Of a DNA stretch of 64,000 bases, positions 58,987 to 64,000 are shown piece after piece; the first letter of the stretch is position 1; the number at the start of each line of letters is the position of its first letter. The stretch is from Eledone cirrhosa (lineage: Eukaryota), in assembly GCA_964016885.1 (NCBI GenBank), contig OZ024761.1, positions 26,722,001 through 26,786,000 of the forward strand, written 5' to 3'. The translations under genes were made by a program, and so were the position numbers. The notes below the pieces were generated by a model. It did no database searches and was not told the DNA's origin. It saw only the letters and a list, made by a program, of their open reading frames with translations.

Positions 58987-59062
58987 CACGTTTTTATTGT
59001 ATGTAAACTTCCCCCTTTGTATTTGTCCCCTTCTTTTGTGCCCCTGTGGCTAATAAAGAAAC
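58986..59062 (+). mobile_element. 3'-end stub of a Tx1/L1 element in (ATCT)n
   Basis: TGTAAACTTCCCCCTTTGTATTTGTCCC..GTGGCTAATAAAGAAAC resembles 34289-34349; (ATCT)n on both sides. Confidence 0.75.
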
Positions 59063-59118
<56 letters not shown>

Positions 59119-59732
59119 CTGTGTCTGTCTGTCTATCTCTCCCCCTCTCTCTTTATTTCTATCCATCCATCTCTCTCTGTGCGTATATATATATATATAT
59201 ATCTCCCCTCTCTCTTTCTATCTATTTTTCTTTCTATCTGTCTATCTATCTATCCATCCTCCCTCTCTCTATCTATCCCCCCTCTCTCTATCTATCCCGC
59301 CCCCTCTCTCTCTTTCTCTCTCTCTCTCTATCTATAGCTAGTCTATATGGTCAATTTAATCGTCATCATTAATATACCTTATCGATTACAACTAGATGAA
59401 AGGCAAAAATCAATACGGGTGATGACATTGACAGATCAATGAGATCGATGATGAAAGGCTTTCCAGCCTGACCATCCTATCACATTTTCCCCAGACACAG
59501 TGTACCGTAGACTATATTACTCAATGTGTTTATATTAGTTAAACTTTTCAGTTTGTTTTTGAATTGAGAGATTTGGCTGCTATTTCTAGCAGGTTTGAGC
59601 GATCGGGTAAGGAAGGATTCTTTGGTTGGCTTGACGACAACAATGATGCTGATATCGGTGGTGATGATGATGATGATGATTGTAGTTTCAAAGAGATAAT
59701 GTGTATGTGCGTATATATATATATATATACTG

Positions 59733-59764
<32 letters not shown>

Positions 59765-59800
59765 CATACACATATACAATATATATATGTGTGTATGTAT

Positions 59801-59992
59801 AACGAAGGAATTGTGGTAAGTAACCAGGTGGACCATAACGCACCAGAGTACTCAATACTTAGGGTAGTAGAGTGGGTAATAGGAAAAGAGTCAGTACCCC
59901 GATGGCTGAGCTCTGGCCGTTTCGACAGCTAGATCCGATCTAGCTGTCGAAACGGTCGGAGCTCAGCCGTTGGGGTCCTGACTCTTTCCCTA
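59801..59992 (-). mobile_element. Fold-back PLE-type element (IR 59880-59992, 79-bp tail) with HHR 3' halves
   Basis: Arms GTCGAAACGG..GAGCTCAGCC(G/A)T.GGGGT; centre AGCTAGATC-C-GATCTAGCT; TA-rich flanks. Confidence 0.75.
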
Positions 59993-59997
59993 ATATA

Positions 59998-60055
<58 letters not shown>

Positions 60056-60059
60056 TATT

Positions 60060-60513
60060 ATAAAATAACAGGAGACTGGACTGGTGTAAATCCTTGAAAG
60101 GTTTATTATACTATGATCATTTCAATGACCGGGTTTAGTATGAATCCTGTGATATCATCAGGTATTCAAAGCCCTTGAAGCTGCTAAATAGTTGGTCGTC
60201 CACTTGTCTCTGATTTTCAGCCCCATGGATTTCATCTGTTATATTCCTTTGTTATATTTTGAATACCTGATGATATCACCGGATTCATACTGAACCCGGT
60301 CATTGAAATGATCATAGTATAATAAACTTTTCAAGGATTTACACCAGTCCAGCCTCCTGTTATTTTATTATAATAATTAACTCCGTACTCACACCACCAA
60401 CTACACAAACGAAGACGGGCGAGTTGCATTACGTTGAGTGCTCTCCATAATATTACATCGAGGTTGACCATACGGAATGACCAGTTCTATCCAGTGGTGA
60501 ACCAACAAACCTA

Positions 60514-60515
<2 letters not shown>
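60060..60515 (+). mobile_element. Fold-back PLE-type element with an HHR in each arm (60108-60165 minus; 60263-60320 plus)
   Basis: IR 60060-60170 and 60258-60368; ATAC-CTGATGA-TATCACCGGATTCA-TAC-TGAACCCGGTCATT-GAAA-TGATCA-TA-GTAT then AATAAA; (TA)n flanks. Confidence 0.82.
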
Positions 60516-60569
<54 letters not shown>

Positions 60570-60674
60570 AAGAACCAATAACACACTGGGGTCGATTTAA
60601 TCGACTTTCTATTTTCCCCCAAATTGTTCCTCTAATCTCCGTCTCGAGCTCAGAGACTTATCAAACAGTTGTTT

Positions 60675-61110
60675 ATCCTAGTTTCCGTGGCGTGAAGTGA
60701 CTGAGATTGCAAGACTTACCCCTGGACAGGACGCCAGTCCATCGCAGGCTTAAGCTCCTAGCTTTTGATGCTGGTACTGCTTTGTAGCTGAGTATACTGA
60801 AGTAACTCGAAATGAAGCGTTGTTTGCTCCAGAACACAACACACAACCTATTCATGGAATCGAACCCACGACATTACGACCGTAAGTTCAGCACCCTTAC
60901 CACAAGTCCATGCACCTCTGCACAACATGCAACCCAGTCCAGGAATCAAACCTGCGACATTTTGATCGTAGTCCAACACCTTAACCACTGGAGTAACATG
61001 AAATGAAGTGTTTTGCTCAAGGACATAATTTACAACCCTGTCCAGGAATCGAACCCAAGACATTATGATCGTAAGTCCAACACCCTTACCACTCAGCCAC
61101 GCACCTCTAC
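60675..61110 (-). mobile_element. SINE family B with repeated tRNA-like heads
   Basis: GGAATCGAACCC..CACCCTTACCAC (reverse B and A boxes) about three times; TTGCTCAAGGACA. Confidence 0.7.
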
Positions 61111-61589
61111 AAAATTCTTGGTCTTGTGCCAAAATCAGAAACCAATATTAATATAATCACTGTAATAACGATGACAATGATAATATCGATTAGGATGAAC
61201 ACAAAAAAACAACAACAACAATAAATAAATAAATAATTGCCTGAATGATTAGCAATAATAATAAGAAAATAATTATGAAAAATTAGCTAAGACGTGTCAT
61301 TAATTTAAGAAGTAATTAGTGTGTAATTAAATGTTACGATGATATATTGCAATTAAAACAGAAAAGATAAACTGGCCAATAACTCAATATGGCCGACACG
61401 TTGTCTTTTTGTTTAATTTTGCCTTGTTTTCGTGATGTTATGTTCTCATGTTTATTGTTTTTGATTTATCCGGAGTTGTTTAATATAATTTAAATGTTGT
61501 TGTATTTTGGGAGGGTCAATTCTATAATTAAATACGCATGCATTGTTTCTGTTTAAATAAAAAAAAAGAAAACGGTTAAAAATGGTCCC

Positions 61590-62450
61590 AAGCCTGGATG
61601 CTCATCAGACCAGAACTTAGATCTGCTTCATTGGCATTAAGCGATTAAGTGTAAAAGTCGGTCTCCTAAACATGTTTCCAGTCCCTCGCAGGTTTAATTT
61701 CCAGAGGGTGCCAGTAATGTTAGTGTTAAAAGTTAAAATCTTTTCCCCAAGATAGAGGAGCGTTGATCTCTTTCATTGGCGTTAAGTGAAGGATACAAAC
61801 CAGTCCCCTGAACAGGACACCATTCCCTTGTAGGTTTAATTCCCAGAGGGTGCTGGTAATGTTAGTGTTAAAAGTTAATTTAAGCTCATCAGGCCGATGG
61901 AGCTTAGAACTCTTTCATTGGCGTTAAGCGAATAAGAATACAAAACCGCCCCCTGAACAGGACGCTAGTCCCTCGAAGGTTTAATTTCAACTGGGTGCCG
62001 GTAATGTTAGTTTTAAAAGTTTAGACCTTTTCCCAAGCCTAGAGGTTCATCAGACCAGAGCTTAGACCTCTTTCAATGGCGTTAAGGGGTTTAAGCGAAT
62101 AAGAATATAAAACCGTCTCCCAAACAAAACGCCAATCCCTTGTAGTTTAATTTCCACAGGGTGCCGGTAATGTTAGTAGTAAAAGTTAAAATCTTTCCCC
62201 AAATCCAGGGGCTCGTCAAGCTGGAGCTTATCCCAGCTTCATCAGCGTTAAATGACTGTGAGTACAAGACTCTCCCCTGGACGGGATGCCAATCCACTGT
62301 AAGTTTAGTCCCCCTACTAAAACTGGGACACATTTTCACCTGAATTATTTGGAGCCACGGGAAATGATATGTTTTGTTAAAGAACACAATCCGCAACCCA
62401 GTACAAGAATCGAAACTATGATATCATGATTATAAGCAAAACATTCTAAT
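61590..62450 (-). repeat. SINE B copy with its 3' part tandemly amplified about 5 times (140-160 bp units)
   Basis: Recurring TTCATTGGCGTTAAGCGA..CCCCTGAACAGGAC..GGGTGCCGGTAATGTTAG. Confidence 0.65.
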
Positions 62451-62545
62451 CCAATACCTATAGCTGTTTTTTTCCATCTTCCATTTTTTTCCTTTTCTTT
62501 GTCTCTCTCTCTCTCCAAAATAACTTTCTGTTGTTTCATGCTTTT

Positions 62546-62581
62546 TTTTCCGATGAAAGACTAGCATACGAAACATCAAAA
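62546..62581 (+). ncRNA. Decayed minimal HHR related to the 32830 family
   Basis: TTTT-CCGATGA-AAGACTAGCATAC-GAAACATC-AAAA; stem II no longer pairs. Confidence 0.35.
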
Positions 62582-62775
62582 ACTCTTTATTACTTCCTGA
62601 AGCTGTGCACTAATATAATATTAAGTATGTTGTCCTCTGGTGTTATTTCGTTTTCGTCCTTATGACTTCTATTATATGAGATTATATGCTATTATAGAAA
62701 CCGTTTCACAAACACACGCCTACACACACACACATATATATATATATCGGTCTGAGTATGTATGAATATATATAT

Positions 62776-62858
<83 letters not shown>

Positions 62859-62882
62859 TATATATATATTCATATATATATA

Positions 62883-62967
<85 letters not shown>

Positions 62968-63099
62968 ATTACATACACTAGTTTTTACATTCGGTCTACA
63001 GTTTGGAATGAACCAAAAAGAAGACCAAAAAATACAAAAAAATACGGTGTTAATAAGATGTTAACCGATTGGACTAAAGGCACGTGCTACCTATGAGCA

Positions 63100-63148
<49 letters not shown>

Positions 63149-63622
63149 AAATATAGTATATATATGTAATATATATATATATGTAATATATATAGTATAT
63201 ATAAGTAATATATATATATATAGTATATATATGTAATATGTATATGTAATATATATATAGTATATATATGTAATATGTATATGTAATATATATAGTATAT
63301 ATATGTGATATATATATATATAATGTGTGTGTGTGTATGTAATATTTATGTATGTGATATATATATATGTAATATATATATATATGTATATAAAGATATG
63401 CATACAGATGGGGTGTTTTTTTGCTTTTTCTTCTAAAATATAGCCTTTATGACTTAGAAATGTAGCGTATAGTTATGTTAGCCATCAAATAAACCTATTA
63501 ATATGTCATTGAACGGACAAGCATGGGGTTGTAAAGATGGCACCAGGTTTGGTGAGCGCATAGGGTGACGTTATATGGAAATAAATTGAGATAGAATAAT
63601 AAATACATACATACATATATAT

Positions 63623-63681
<59 letters not shown>

Positions 63682-63714
63682 TAGTTTATGCGTATGTAAG
63701 TATGTACGTGTCTG

Positions 63715-63754
<40 letters not shown>

Positions 63755-63792
63755 TATATGTATTTACATATATATATAACCTAGTTAGAGGG

Positions 63793-63842
<50 letters not shown>

Positions 63843-64000
63843 TTGTGCGTTTATATAAACCTATCTATCTATCTATCTATCTATATATCTATGTATGTGT
63901 ATACAGATCTATATATATGGACATATGTTCATATATCTATATTTATGCAAATGTGCAGTTATAATAATATATTTAAGTATATTAATGTCGACGTATATAT

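Overview
AT-rich animal DNA, most likely from an octopus or other coleoid cephalopod (inferred from the SINE types and the density of (TA)n/(CA)n/(CT)n/(TATG)n tracts). It looks intergenic or intronic. I cannot support any intact host gene, and nearly all listed ORFs are microsatellite artefacts. The non-microsatellite sequence is mostly mobile DNA: many copies of two tRNA-derived SINE families, decayed 3' ends of REL-type (R4/Dong-like), Tx1/L1, RTE and RTE-X-like LINEs, Tc1/pogo and piggyBac MITEs, and a Penelope-like (PLE) GIY-YIG endonuclease pseudogene. The main signal is about 20 type I hammerhead ribozyme (HHR) motifs from roughly 10 sequence families, read by eye. Most sit in short elements inserted in (TA)n, often as fold-back inverted pairs with a 75-80 nt unpaired 3' tail. 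One locus (7501-9228) is a near-identical tandem-plus-inverted array of a non-coding ~560 bp unit with one HHR per unit, which makes it a candidate retrozyme or circular-RNA retroelement. All structures were folded by hand and coordinates may be off by a few nt.
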